NCBI GenBank assembly: GCA_032128875.1
Contig: JAVLKG010000002.1
Location: 1,066,202-1,130,201, forward strand
From: Candidatus Melainabacteria bacterium 17Bon1m
Lineage (GTDB): Bacteria > Cyanobacteriota > Vampirovibrionia > Obscuribacterales > Obscuribacteraceae
Length of the DNA stretch: 64,000 nt
Direction: 5' to 3'
Both the position numbers and the translations under genes were made by a program. Within the stretch, counting starts at the first letter, position 1, and the number at the start of each line of letters is the position of its first letter. Of the stretch, positions 29,097 through 37,701 are shown one piece after another. Under the pieces are notes generated by a model. That model worked only from the letters and a program-made list of their open reading frames with translations, was not told the DNA's origin and ran no database searches.

Positions 29097-30517
29097 GGGC
29101 TTTTTCGTTTGGCGCTATCCTTCACTGTTGAATCAGTCTGAAGACTTGGAATATTAGGGTTGTTCGGATCTTGAGGCTGAATGGTCGGCTGCCAACCATT
29201 CAACTGTCGCCATAGCTCATACCAGAGCGGCACGTCGCTAAGGAGAATCCAACCGGTGACTTGAGCGCCTGGGCGCAGGAAGGTAGTTGATGGCCATGGA
29301 TCAGCTTGTTTGTTTGCAATAGCGGTCTTATCAGGCTCGACAATTACGCGGTAGCGATTTTTTCCGTCGTCGGTTGCATCGATAACGCTCACTACGCCAG
29401 CAAATGTTCCGATAGCAATGCGCGGCCAGCCGATAAACTGAAGTGCCGGCCAACCGGCGATCTGCAGACGCACAGGGCGACCGACCGAAACTAGTGGCGC
29501 GTCCCAATCTCTGATATTGATCTCTGCGGCGCGGTCTTGAGTATGTGGTGCAATCACTGCCAAAACGTCGCCGGCATTTACCATAGCTCCTGCGCCCACG
29601 CGCATGAGCCGGACAATTCTGCCGGAGCAAGGGGCGTCGACTGTCCTTTGATCGACGCGTTTTTCGAAGTTGTCGATGTCGATCTGAAGTTTGTAGATGT
29701 CGGCATCAGTACTTGCCACCAATTGATTTGCGTCGGCGCGTGCTGCCTTTATAGCGTTGATATTGCCGCCAGTGTCTGCGTCTGTGCGCTTGTTCTCCAG
29801 CAGCGAAATGCTCGCATCTTCTTTGGCTACATCAAGAGCTGCCAATGCTCTTTCCAGTTCTGTCTTAGAGCGAATGGTGTCCAGCTCGGCAAGCTCTTTG
29901 TCACGTTTTGAACGAAGCCCGTCGTTGAACAAAGACTCAACTCGATCTGATTGCCATTGAGCTGTTTTTAAACTTTGCTTGGCCGCTTCCACAGCTTGCT
30001 CGGCTTGATAGACACGATCGTTAGCCTGCTTTACTCTTTCAATTGTGGCTGGAACAGCAGCTTTACGAACTCCGGCTGAGGCGTTTACTTGATCGCTCAA
30101 AGCTTCGGCACGCGCCTTAAGTGCATCTCGCTTGGCCATAAGCGCAGTCTTCTGTGCGAGCAATGTCTTGAGTTGTGTGTTGTCGAGAAATCGCGAATCG
30201 AGCTCAGCTAAAGAAACAATCTTTTGACCTTTTTCGACGTCTTGACCGTCACGGACAAACCAATTGACGATGCGCCCTGGAATTTGCGCTTCAATAGTCT
30301 GAGGACGATCCATCGGTGAAAAGACTATTATTCTGCCTGTTCCAGTCACCGATTGACGCCAGGGAAGAAATAATGCTGCGACGATCGACGCGACCATGAT
30401 GAGAAGAACGCCGCTAATCATCACCGTAAACAAAACTGGCGTTCGCACCATTTGCAAGGAGCGAAAATGCGGCAATTTCCTTTCTCTGGATGTTTCTTTG
30501 TCTTCAACGGTATTCAT
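29093..30517 (-). CDS. HlyD-family membrane fusion protein
   Basis: N-terminal TM, LPWRQSVTGTG, biotinyl-like halves, long coiled coil, GWPALQF.GWP...GTF.G.V, LWYELWRQLNG. Confidence 0.9.
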   Translation of the reverse strand: MNTVEDKETSRERKLPHFRSLQMVRTPVLFTVMISGVLLIMVASIVAALFLPWRQSVTGTGRIIVFSPMDRPQTIEAQIPGRIVNWFVRDGQDVEKGQKIVSLAELDSRFLDNTQLKTLLAQKTALMAKRDALKARAEALSDQVNASAGVRKAAVPATIERVKQANDRVYQAEQAVEAAKQSLKTAQWQSDRVESLFNDGLRSKRDKELAELDTIRSKTELERALAALDVAKEDASISLLENKRTDADTGGNINAIKAARADANQLVASTDADIYKLQIDIDNFEKRVDQRTVDAPCSGRIVRLMRVGAGAMVNAGDVLAVIAPHTQDRAAEINIRDWDAPLVSVGRPVRLQIAGWPALQFIGWPRIAIGTFAGVVSVIDATDDGKNRYRVIVEPDKTAIANKQADPWPSTTFLRPGAQVTGWILLSDVPLWYELWRQLNGWQPTIQPQDPNNPNIPSLQTDSTVKDSAKRKSP

Positions 30518-30520
30518 TGA

Positions 30521-32314
30521 CTACTTGCGAATAAGCTCCACGAGTTTTGGAAACAGTTGTTCGAGCTGGCTATCTTTTTTGGAAAGCAGCTCTTTTAGAT
30601 TGCCTGACTCAACGACCTGTCCATTGCGCAGAAAGACCATTCTGTTCGAATGAAAAATGGTATCGGCGTCCTGAGAGATATCGATAATGGTCCAGGGCAT
30701 GTCGGCGGCAAACAGGCGATCGAGAATTTGCATTTTGCTTCGCTCTTCAATACCGGTAAATGCTTCATCAAGTATCAGCAAGCGCGGCTTTTGGGCAATG
30801 GCTCTTGCTATCAAAAGTTTTTGCGCTTGCCCGCGAGATAAATTTCGTCCGCCGCTCAACAGCTCAGTCTTCAACCCATCGCGCATACTGACGAGTTCTG
30901 AGTCGAAATCAACTATCTTGAGAGCCCAGAGCATTTCCTCATGGGATATTTCACTGCGTCCAAACGTGACGTTAGTTTCAATTGTGCCTTCAAAAATCTC
31001 ATTTGAGTCTGTGACCAGTGAAACAATGCTGCGCAGACTCTCGTAATTGATATCGCGCACATCCATGCCGTTAATTTGCACCAGCCCAGAACTTGGCTCA
31101 ATCAGCCCGCTAAGAACAAGCGCAAGAGTGGATTTGCCTGACGCATTTGGTCCCATCAGGCTGATTCTTTCACCCGGCCGCAGTTGAAGGTTCAAGCCAT
31201 TGATGACATTTGTTTTTTGCCCGTAATCGACATGAAGACCTTGAATATTGAGTGAGGCACCACCTTGAGTGGGAGCGCAATTGCTTCCGTCGATTCTTTC
31301 TAACGGCAGGTCTTCTACGTAGCCAATTTTGCCGAGCGCTGAGAGTAACTCATATAGTGTTTGCAGGTGTCTGATTAAACGCTCGAGTGCCGGTAGCATC
31401 TGAGTAACCAGCAATTGAGCGGCGACAAGTTGCCCCAAGGCGAGTTGTCTTTCGATGACGAGCCAACCGCCAATACCGAGAACACCGGCAGCAGCGAAGG
31501 CTTGAAACAGCGCTAGCCCAGATGCCTGGCGGAAAAGCACACTGAAGTGTTTGCGTCGTGCATCCGTGTACTCGAAGACCAAATTGTCGGTTCGCTCGAG
31601 TATGTGCATTGGAAACTTGTTGAGCTTGATCGAGGTTTCACAACGCCCCAGTTCTTCTAGCCATTCGGCTACCAGGTATCTTTTCGATGTCTCATTGCTT
31701 CTGGTTTTATATCCATCAAATCCGAATAGAAAGACCTCACAGAGCACAAAGCCAATTACAATCATTACAAAGGCAAGCAGGTAAGGGCTATACAGCGCCA
31801 TGAGCGTTAGCCCGATAAGAATCTGCAAGGTGGCGGCGGGGACGTCTAGCAGCAGATTGGCAAAATTTCCCTGAATCGTAATTACATCGAAGAAGCGATT
31901 TACTAAATCTGGGAGATATTCTTTGGACAATTGCGAGTGCTGAATGCGAGGCACTCGATAAGCGATACGCAACGCGATGCGGTTGAAAACGCGCTGCCTG
32001 ACCAGTTCTACAAGCCATATAGTCAAGAGTCGAAGGAGGGCGGCGAAGAGTAGTCCGCCTAAAACCAAACCGGCAATTACGGTAATCGGTTGCAGGAAAA
32101 ATCCCGCCGCAATTGTGTTTACAACCATTTGAGTCGACAGAGGCACTGCCAAACTCATGACACCGCCTAGCGAACTGTAGATGAGAATTAAGAAGAGGTC
32201 TTTCTTGTCCTCGACGATCATTCGCCAGAGGCGATAGTAAGGAGATGTCGGTTTGTCCTTCTGGTTTGCATCACCGGCTGGGTAAAGGACTTTTGTCAGA
32301 GAATCGACAGACAT
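30521..32314 (-). CDS. Type I secretion-like ABC exporter (TMD+NBD) with H-loop His replaced by Gln
   Basis: TM domain; Walker A GPNASGKST, signature LSRGQ, Walker B LILDEA, switch region DISQD. Confidence 0.9.
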   Translation of the reverse strand: MSVDSLTKVLYPAGDANQKDKPTSPYYRLWRMIVEDKKDLFLILIYSSLGGVMSLAVPLSTQMVVNTIAAGFFLQPITVIAGLVLGGLLFAALLRLLTIWLVELVRQRVFNRIALRIAYRVPRIQHSQLSKEYLPDLVNRFFDVITIQGNFANLLLDVPAATLQILIGLTLMALYSPYLLAFVMIVIGFVLCEVFLFGFDGYKTRSNETSKRYLVAEWLEELGRCETSIKLNKFPMHILERTDNLVFEYTDARRKHFSVLFRQASGLALFQAFAAAGVLGIGGWLVIERQLALGQLVAAQLLVTQMLPALERLIRHLQTLYELLSALGKIGYVEDLPLERIDGSNCAPTQGGASLNIQGLHVDYGQKTNVINGLNLQLRPGERISLMGPNASGKSTLALVLSGLIEPSSGLVQINGMDVRDINYESLRSIVSLVTDSNEIFEGTIETNVTFGRSEISHEEMLWALKIVDFDSELVSMRDGLKTELLSGGRNLSRGQAQKLLIARAIAQKPRLLILDEAFTGIEERSKMQILDRLFAADMPWTIIDISQDADTIFHSNRMVFLRNGQVVESGNLKELLSKKDSQLEQLFPKLVELIRK

Positions 32315-32526
32315 TAAGTTGGATTTGCACGGCGTAGAGAACGAGACAAATTAAGTGTGCCTGAAACGAATCGCAAATCCAAGCGACAGTATAAAGAAAG
32401 GCTCTAATTCTATCTAAGCAAGCGAAATCGATATATCTTTAGTGCATACGAAAATGGCGGTTCGGTGCCAACTCAGTCGTGGGGCGAAAGAGCTGGCACC
32501 GAACTTTGGCGTTGGAAAAACTTGTT

Positions 32527-34332
32527 TTAGCTAGGTTGGAAGCTGGTTTCCTTTGATGTGTCGTGGGGCAACGAGACTGTGAATGTGGTGCCGTCAACGT
32601 CTGATTTGCAAGAAATATTTCCTTTATGCGCATCGACAATCTGTCTGCACATGTAAAGTCCGAGCCCGACTTTTGGTAGATAGCCGGTTCCGTCTTCTTC
32701 TCCTGTCAATGGACGTTCGAATAGTTTGTTTCTCTGATCGAGTTCGATAAAGGAACCACTGTTATTCACTTCGAACATGACGTGGTCACCCCTGCGAAAT
32801 GCTCTCAGCGAGATCGTGCCGCCTGCGGGCATATATTTCAGGGCATTCTCAAGCAGATTTTGGATAACTACCCGTAGCGATTCGCTATTGCCGACGATAC
32901 CGACATCTCCGCTTTCGCTCAGGTTCAATTCAATATTTACTTTCTTAGCGTCAGCATCTTGTTGGAATTTTGCAGCACAGTCTCTAATTAAGCTGGTTAC
33001 GCTTGCGTATTCCGATGCTTGAATATCCGAATCTCTGTCGTATTTATACACAGAGATGATGTGCTGAATCATGCGCAGCAATTCATTATTGCCTTCGACA
33101 ATCTTCGTGAGAATCCGCTCTTGTTCGGTCTCTAATTTGCCTAGCTTTCCTTCCGTCATTAGATTCAGAATTCGGTTTGTTCCAACAATTGGGTTTTTCA
33201 AATCGTTGGCAAGCATCGCCATGAAATCATCTCTTTGGTTCATAAGTAGAATTCGGCGATTGTTCTCTTCGGCATTTTTTCGGTCTGTTACGTCCTCCAG
33301 TGTTCCGATTAATTGTCGCTTGCCGTCAGCCTTTCCGGTAAGTGGAACAGCCTTAGCCTTAATCCATTTTGTGACGCCTGAAAGAGTATGAATGCGAAAC
33401 TCTTGCGACCACTCATTTCCTTTTTCTACCGCTTCTTTCCATGAAGCAAGTGTTCTTTCGCGGTCACTCTCTACAACAAGAGTCCACCATTCCTTTCCCT
33501 TTTCAATGGGGGAGGCTGTGAGTTGAAACCACGGCAGACCAATTACTTCCCAGCCATCATCTGCATTGGATTCGAAAATGACAGTGGGCACCGAGCTGCA
33601 TAAATTGCGGAATTTCTCTTCCGATCTTTTTACCTGTTCTGTCCTTTCAATGACTTGTTCTTCGATTATCTGATTGGTCAATTCCATCTGAGCTTGTTTT
33701 TCAGCGATGCGCAGTTTCTCCCGCATATCGAGAACACATTTTCGTATAAGGAATACATCCGCAAAAAGCACCCAGCTCGAATGTTCTACCCAACGCCAGG
33801 GCTCTGGGTACGTGACGCCGTAGACGGAAAACGGCAGATAAACTCCGCGCACGATGTGATCTAGCGCCGTCATGACTGTTGCCGTTACCAAAACTCTCCA
33901 GTCCGCATAGAAAGCGAGGAAAGTGAGTGATCCAAAAATAAGGAAGTGCGTTTCTAAACGACCACCACATAGGTGAATAATTAAGGCAGTCATTAATATC
34001 TGCGCTACTGCTATGGTTTGTCTGGTTAATGCTTTGCCCGAGTAGAACCATGCCAAACCAACCGGCAGAATGATAATCGCCATACCCAACCAAATTGAAA
34101 GCATGACGTGAATGTGAGTGTTTGATGAAACGCCTTCCCAAGAAGTTGGCGACACCAAAAATGCTGTCAGCACCCCGCCCAGCCATTCTATGATTAGCAG
34201 AACCGCGAACATATGGTCGCAGTCGGCATAATTTCTTCGCACGAGGGCTTCGAAAATCGATTTTGTCTTCGAGCTGATCAACTCGGCGACTTCACTGTGC
34301 AATTTTAATTGTTCGATCCGATCGACGCTCAC
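32527..34332 (-). CDS. Membrane sensor histidine kinase-like protein (His-rich TM sensor, PAS, HisKA, HATPase) lacking the phospho-His
   Basis: IHLCGGRLETHF...DH..RG...WRWVEH sensor; PAS/PAC (EFRI...KWI...GTLEDVTDRK); H-box LANDLKNP; N-box NLLENALKY; GLGLYMC..IV.AH.G. Start taken as GTG 34332 (GTGA overlap with the upstream stop). Confidence 0.9.
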   Translation of the reverse strand: MSVDRIEQLKLHSEVAELISSKTKSIFEALVRRNYADCDHMFAVLLIIEWLGGVLTAFLVSPTSWEGVSSNTHIHVMLSIWLGMAIIILPVGLAWFYSGKALTRQTIAVAQILMTALIIHLCGGRLETHFLIFGSLTFLAFYADWRVLVTATVMTALDHIVRGVYLPFSVYGVTYPEPWRWVEHSSWVLFADVFLIRKCVLDMREKLRIAEKQAQMELTNQIIEEQVIERTEQVKRSEEKFRNLCSSVPTVIFESNADDGWEVIGLPWFQLTASPIEKGKEWWTLVVESDRERTLASWKEAVEKGNEWSQEFRIHTLSGVTKWIKAKAVPLTGKADGKRQLIGTLEDVTDRKNAEENNRRILLMNQRDDFMAMLANDLKNPIVGTNRILNLMTEGKLGKLETEQERILTKIVEGNNELLRMIQHIISVYKYDRDSDIQASEYASVTSLIRDCAAKFQQDADAKKVNIELNLSESGDVGIVGNSESLRVVIQNLLENALKYMPAGGTISLRAFRRGDHVMFEVNNSGSFIELDQRNKLFERPLTGEEDGTGYLPKVGLGLYMCRQIVDAHKGNISCKSDVDGTTFTVSLPHDTSKETSFQPS

Positions 34333-34988
34333 AGAACCGCCCTCAAAGCACAGCCAAAAACTGGTGTGGTAGTGTATTTGACTTTCCTTGCCAAAATGCA
34401 CTGTTTGGCTAAATCAAAATAATGGTTGTCTCCTCTATGACCTCGAGATCCTGTGATTCCGCCAGTAAATTGCAAAACGCCTCTGCCGTCGTAAATCATT
34501 ACGTGCCCGGAAGTAGTGACACCAAAAGTTTCCGCCTGCGAGCCACTGGTGTCGTATTCAATGGTCACGTTGCGAATTCTTTTGACACGTTGAATTATTG
34601 GAGCTGATGACCATTCAGCTTCTTTTTCTGGTGGCATGTAGAAAACGACTGTGCCAACCGAATCCTTTTCGCCTTCGCGCATCAGTTCGTGAAATTCATC
34701 TACGCTCGCCTCAGAGCAAGGGCAGCCTGGGTGCAAGAACATAACAATGTTTTGTCGTCCATGCGCAAGTTGTACATCGCTGCACTGCGGAAAAACTCTT
34801 TTGGAGTTTGCCAGCGGGCTTGGTGTAAGCTCATACTCGTACAGCACTAAGTGCCCGACAAAGAGCAAAGATATCCAGATCAGATAGGCGGCAAGAAAAA
34901 GACAAACGAACGCAGTTTGACGTATGCCGAACGTCTTCTTGTCAGTAGATTGAGATTCAGATTTTGAGCTTTCCATCTTGATCTGCAA
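34329..34988 (-). CDS. Membrane-anchored thioredoxin-like protein ('RedB'-type) with HPxCPC motif
   Basis: One TM helix, FLHPGCPCSEAS, FGVTTSGH..IYD..G.L.F.GGIT.SRGH.GDN, PVFGC. Confidence 0.75.
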   Translation of the reverse strand: MQIKMESSKSESQSTDKKTFGIRQTAFVCLFLAAYLIWISLLFVGHLVLYEYELTPSPLANSKRVFPQCSDVQLAHGRQNIVMFLHPGCPCSEASVDEFHELMREGEKDSVGTVVFYMPPEKEAEWSSAPIIQRVKRIRNVTIEYDTSGSQAETFGVTTSGHVMIYDGRGVLQFTGGITGSRGHRGDNHYFDLAKQCILARKVKYTTTPVFGCALRAVL

Positions 34989-34999
34989 CCTGCTTTAAA

Positions 35000-36637
35000 T
35001 CAAACGCCCAGCCCTTCCAAATCCTTTTTCAATTCGTGCATCGATTGATGCCGCTGATATTTGTCTTTGCGTAGTGTTTTTGTGATGATGGCTTGCAAGC
35101 GATTGTCGACAGTGACTCCTGCTGTGGCTGCAGCTAACGCAATCGGCGGGCATTCTTCGTTGACTTGCTTATACATGGCTTCCACGATGTTTTCGGTCAT
35201 GAAAGGTGGATGCCCTACGAGTGTTTCGTACATCAGCGTGCCCATGGAATAAACGTCGGAGTTAGCCTCCAGCTGCAGTCCCATGCACTGCTCCGGGCTC
35301 ATGTAAGTCGGCGATCCGAATACCTGCCCGGGCACTGTCAGTCCCGCACCTTCAGTTTCGGCTGCAACCAATTTAGCTGTGCCGAAGTCGACCAGTTTGA
35401 CGTTCAAATCAGGTTTTCCATAATTAACTACAAGTACATTGCTTGGCTTCAAATCTCTGTGAATGATGCCATTATCGTGTGCGTGTCCAAGTCCGCTGCA
35501 CACTTGTTTGAATACCTCGACTGATTGTTTCCAAGGCAAGTGCTTATGTTCGGCAATGAGCTCATCGAGGCTGCTTCCGCCCAGGTAGTCCATGATCATG
35601 AACGCCTGACCTTCGGGTGATAGACCGAAATCAATTACGTTGACGATGTTTCCGTGCGTCAGCGAACTGGCTGCCGCAGCCTCTTGTCGGAAGCGCTTCA
35701 ATAAAGAAATATCGGATATTAGTTCAAGGTGCATGATTTTTATAGCGACAAGCTTGTGCATGTAGCGATGTCGCGCTTTGTATACAGCACCACTGGTGCC
35801 GCATCCAAGCAGTGCGAGAATTTCGTAGCGGTCAGCGAAGACGCTTCCGATCATCGCATCTTCTTTCAGCTCGTTACCATCATATGGGCAACGAGTGAAT
35901 TCTACGCCAAGGCGTACTCGGCAATTTGGACAGATTTTGGACATCTGAAAGTCTTGCGAGTTTTTCGCATTGCGAGAGATTTTCGTCGCCGGAACGCTAT
36001 TGCCGGACCAAGAAACTTTCTGAATCAGCTTTTTCAAATAGGACTGTACTTCGCTGTCCTTCAGACCAACTTGTGTGCCGATTTCGTCCGACGAAGCACC
36101 TTCCAGAATCAAGCCGAGCACTTTCAATTCGCTTTCCGTCAGCGCTAATCTTTCGCTGGTAATTTGTGGATCAGCCAATTTCGCCGAGTGAAGAACGCGG
36201 CGCGCGATGTCATCGTCGAGCCAAGCAGCACCTGATGCAACTGAATTGATTGCCGTGTTGAGTTTGGCCGTTGAGATATCTTTCAAGCAATAGCCATCCG
36301 CACCGGCAGCCAGCGCAGCAAAGATTGATTTATCTTCTTCATGGCTAGTAAGGATCATGACGCGTGTATTCATTTGAGCTTTGATACGGCGAGTTGCCTC
36401 GATGCCGTCGAATCCAGGCAAGCCGATGTCCATGAGGATGACCTGTGGCTTCAACTCTAAGGCTTTCTGCACAGCGCTAGGACCATCGGCTGCGACGCCG
36501 ACGATTTGAATATTGCGCATATATTGAAGGGTCAGGTTGAGACCAAGGCGCAGCACCTCTTGGTCTTCCACCACCAACACACTAATAAGGTCGCTGGCAC
36601 GTGTATTCTCGGCTTCAAAACGTCTCATGGTATTCAT
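35000..36637 (-). CDS. NarL-type response regulator (REC + LuxR-like HTH) fused to a zinc ribbon and Hanks Ser/Thr kinase
   Basis: VLVVED, LMDIGLPG.DG, LTS, GYCLK; LTESELKVLGLILEG.S..EI; CPNC...CPYD; GCGTSGAVYKA, AIK, HRDLKPSN, DFG, GSPTYMSPEQ. Confidence 0.92.
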   Translation of the reverse strand: MNTMRRFEAENTRASDLISVLVVEDQEVLRLGLNLTLQYMRNIQIVGVAADGPSAVQKALELKPQVILMDIGLPGFDGIEATRRIKAQMNTRVMILTSHEEDKSIFAALAAGADGYCLKDISTAKLNTAINSVASGAAWLDDDIARRVLHSAKLADPQITSERLALTESELKVLGLILEGASSDEIGTQVGLKDSEVQSYLKKLIQKVSWSGNSVPATKISRNAKNSQDFQMSKICPNCRVRLGVEFTRCPYDGNELKEDAMIGSVFADRYEILALLGCGTSGAVYKARHRYMHKLVAIKIMHLELISDISLLKRFRQEAAAASSLTHGNIVNVIDFGLSPEGQAFMIMDYLGGSSLDELIAEHKHLPWKQSVEVFKQVCSGLGHAHDNGIIHRDLKPSNVLVVNYGKPDLNVKLVDFGTAKLVAAETEGAGLTVPGQVFGSPTYMSPEQCMGLQLEANSDVYSMGTLMYETLVGHPPFMTENIVEAMYKQVNEECPPIALAAATAGVTVDNRLQAIITKTLRKDKYQRHQSMHELKKDLEGLGV

Positions 36638-36812
36638 TGCTCACCCCAAAGCTGACAGGCGGTATACCGCCAGCCACTAGACGAACCACCTAGGTCCGTA
36701 CCGCCCTTACTCTTCCACTATCCTGTATGCTCGTCCTACGCGCATCACTCGAAAGTGCGAAAAGGGAGTGATTTCCGGTCACCCAAAGGTTCTGGTTTTC
36801 GGTGATTTAGCT

Positions 36813-37508
36813 TTAGCCTGCCGCTTCGACGTCGTATGCGTCAGAGTCACCATGTGATTCTTCGTCCTCGCCTTCACCATCAAAGGCACGATCGAGTTGG
36901 CGATAAACCCGACCCAGAGCGACCGAGCAGACGATGGAAGCGGGCAAAACTCCGACCACAAAACATATCAGCCCGCCGAAGACGACCATGCAGAGAGTGA
37001 AATATAATGCCAAGAGTTGCAACAGGTGACCTTTCGTGATGGCAAAACTGCGTTTTAGTGCCTCAATCGGACCCATCTCCTGGTCAATAATCAAATAGGA
37101 GTAAAGTCCCAGTGCCAGTCCTGCATATATACCTGGAATGGCGAGGAAGACTAGTCCTGTCCCGACCACGACCACGAAGATAAGGCTGGCAATGGTAAAA
37201 GGTATTGTGTACTTGAATCCGGCAAGGACGTCGCCGATACCGGCAGGCTCGTCGTCCATGCACAAAAGGGTGACTCTTGTCGACAGCATTAGTGTTATGA
37301 GTTGCACTACAACACTGGCAACTTTCAGCCACCACGGCGACTCGTGATTTTGAGCAAAAATGGCAAAAATTGTGGAAGCGGTATTGATCATCCCATGAGG
37401 AATCCACAAAATTACCGTCCAGAGCACCAACGCCAACCAGCGTCTGGTCAGAACATCCCAGCCGAATTCCAATGATTTTGCGATGTGGAAAGGTGGGTTT
37501 TCGGACAT
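36813..37508 (-). CDS. Hypothetical integral membrane protein (DUF975/YciC-like)
   Basis: Multiple TM helices; IPGIY, GPIEALKRSF.ITKGH, G.ICFVVG. Confidence 0.65.
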   Translation of the reverse strand: MSENPPFHIAKSLEFGWDVLTRRWLALVLWTVILWIPHGMINTASTIFAIFAQNHESPWWLKVASVVVQLITLMLSTRVTLLCMDDEPAGIGDVLAGFKYTIPFTIASLIFVVVVGTGLVFLAIPGIYAGLALGLYSYLIIDQEMGPIEALKRSFAITKGHLLQLLALYFTLCMVVFGGLICFVVGVLPASIVCSVALGRVYRQLDRAFDGEGEDEESHGDSDAYDVEAAG

Positions 37509-37701
37509 CTGCAAGCTCCTAGTGAACGCTTCTCACTCCAAAAGGTTATACCCGCCAAGCTATATAGGCTTGAGATATATGTCCAATAATCAGAGAATAT
37601 AAAAGGTAGAGCCCTCTTACTATCAATACTTTTGCGTTGTTTTGTCCACTGAAATGGCGTATCTTTAAGGCTGTCGGCGAGCCTTTCGGCTGCCCTGGAA
37701 A

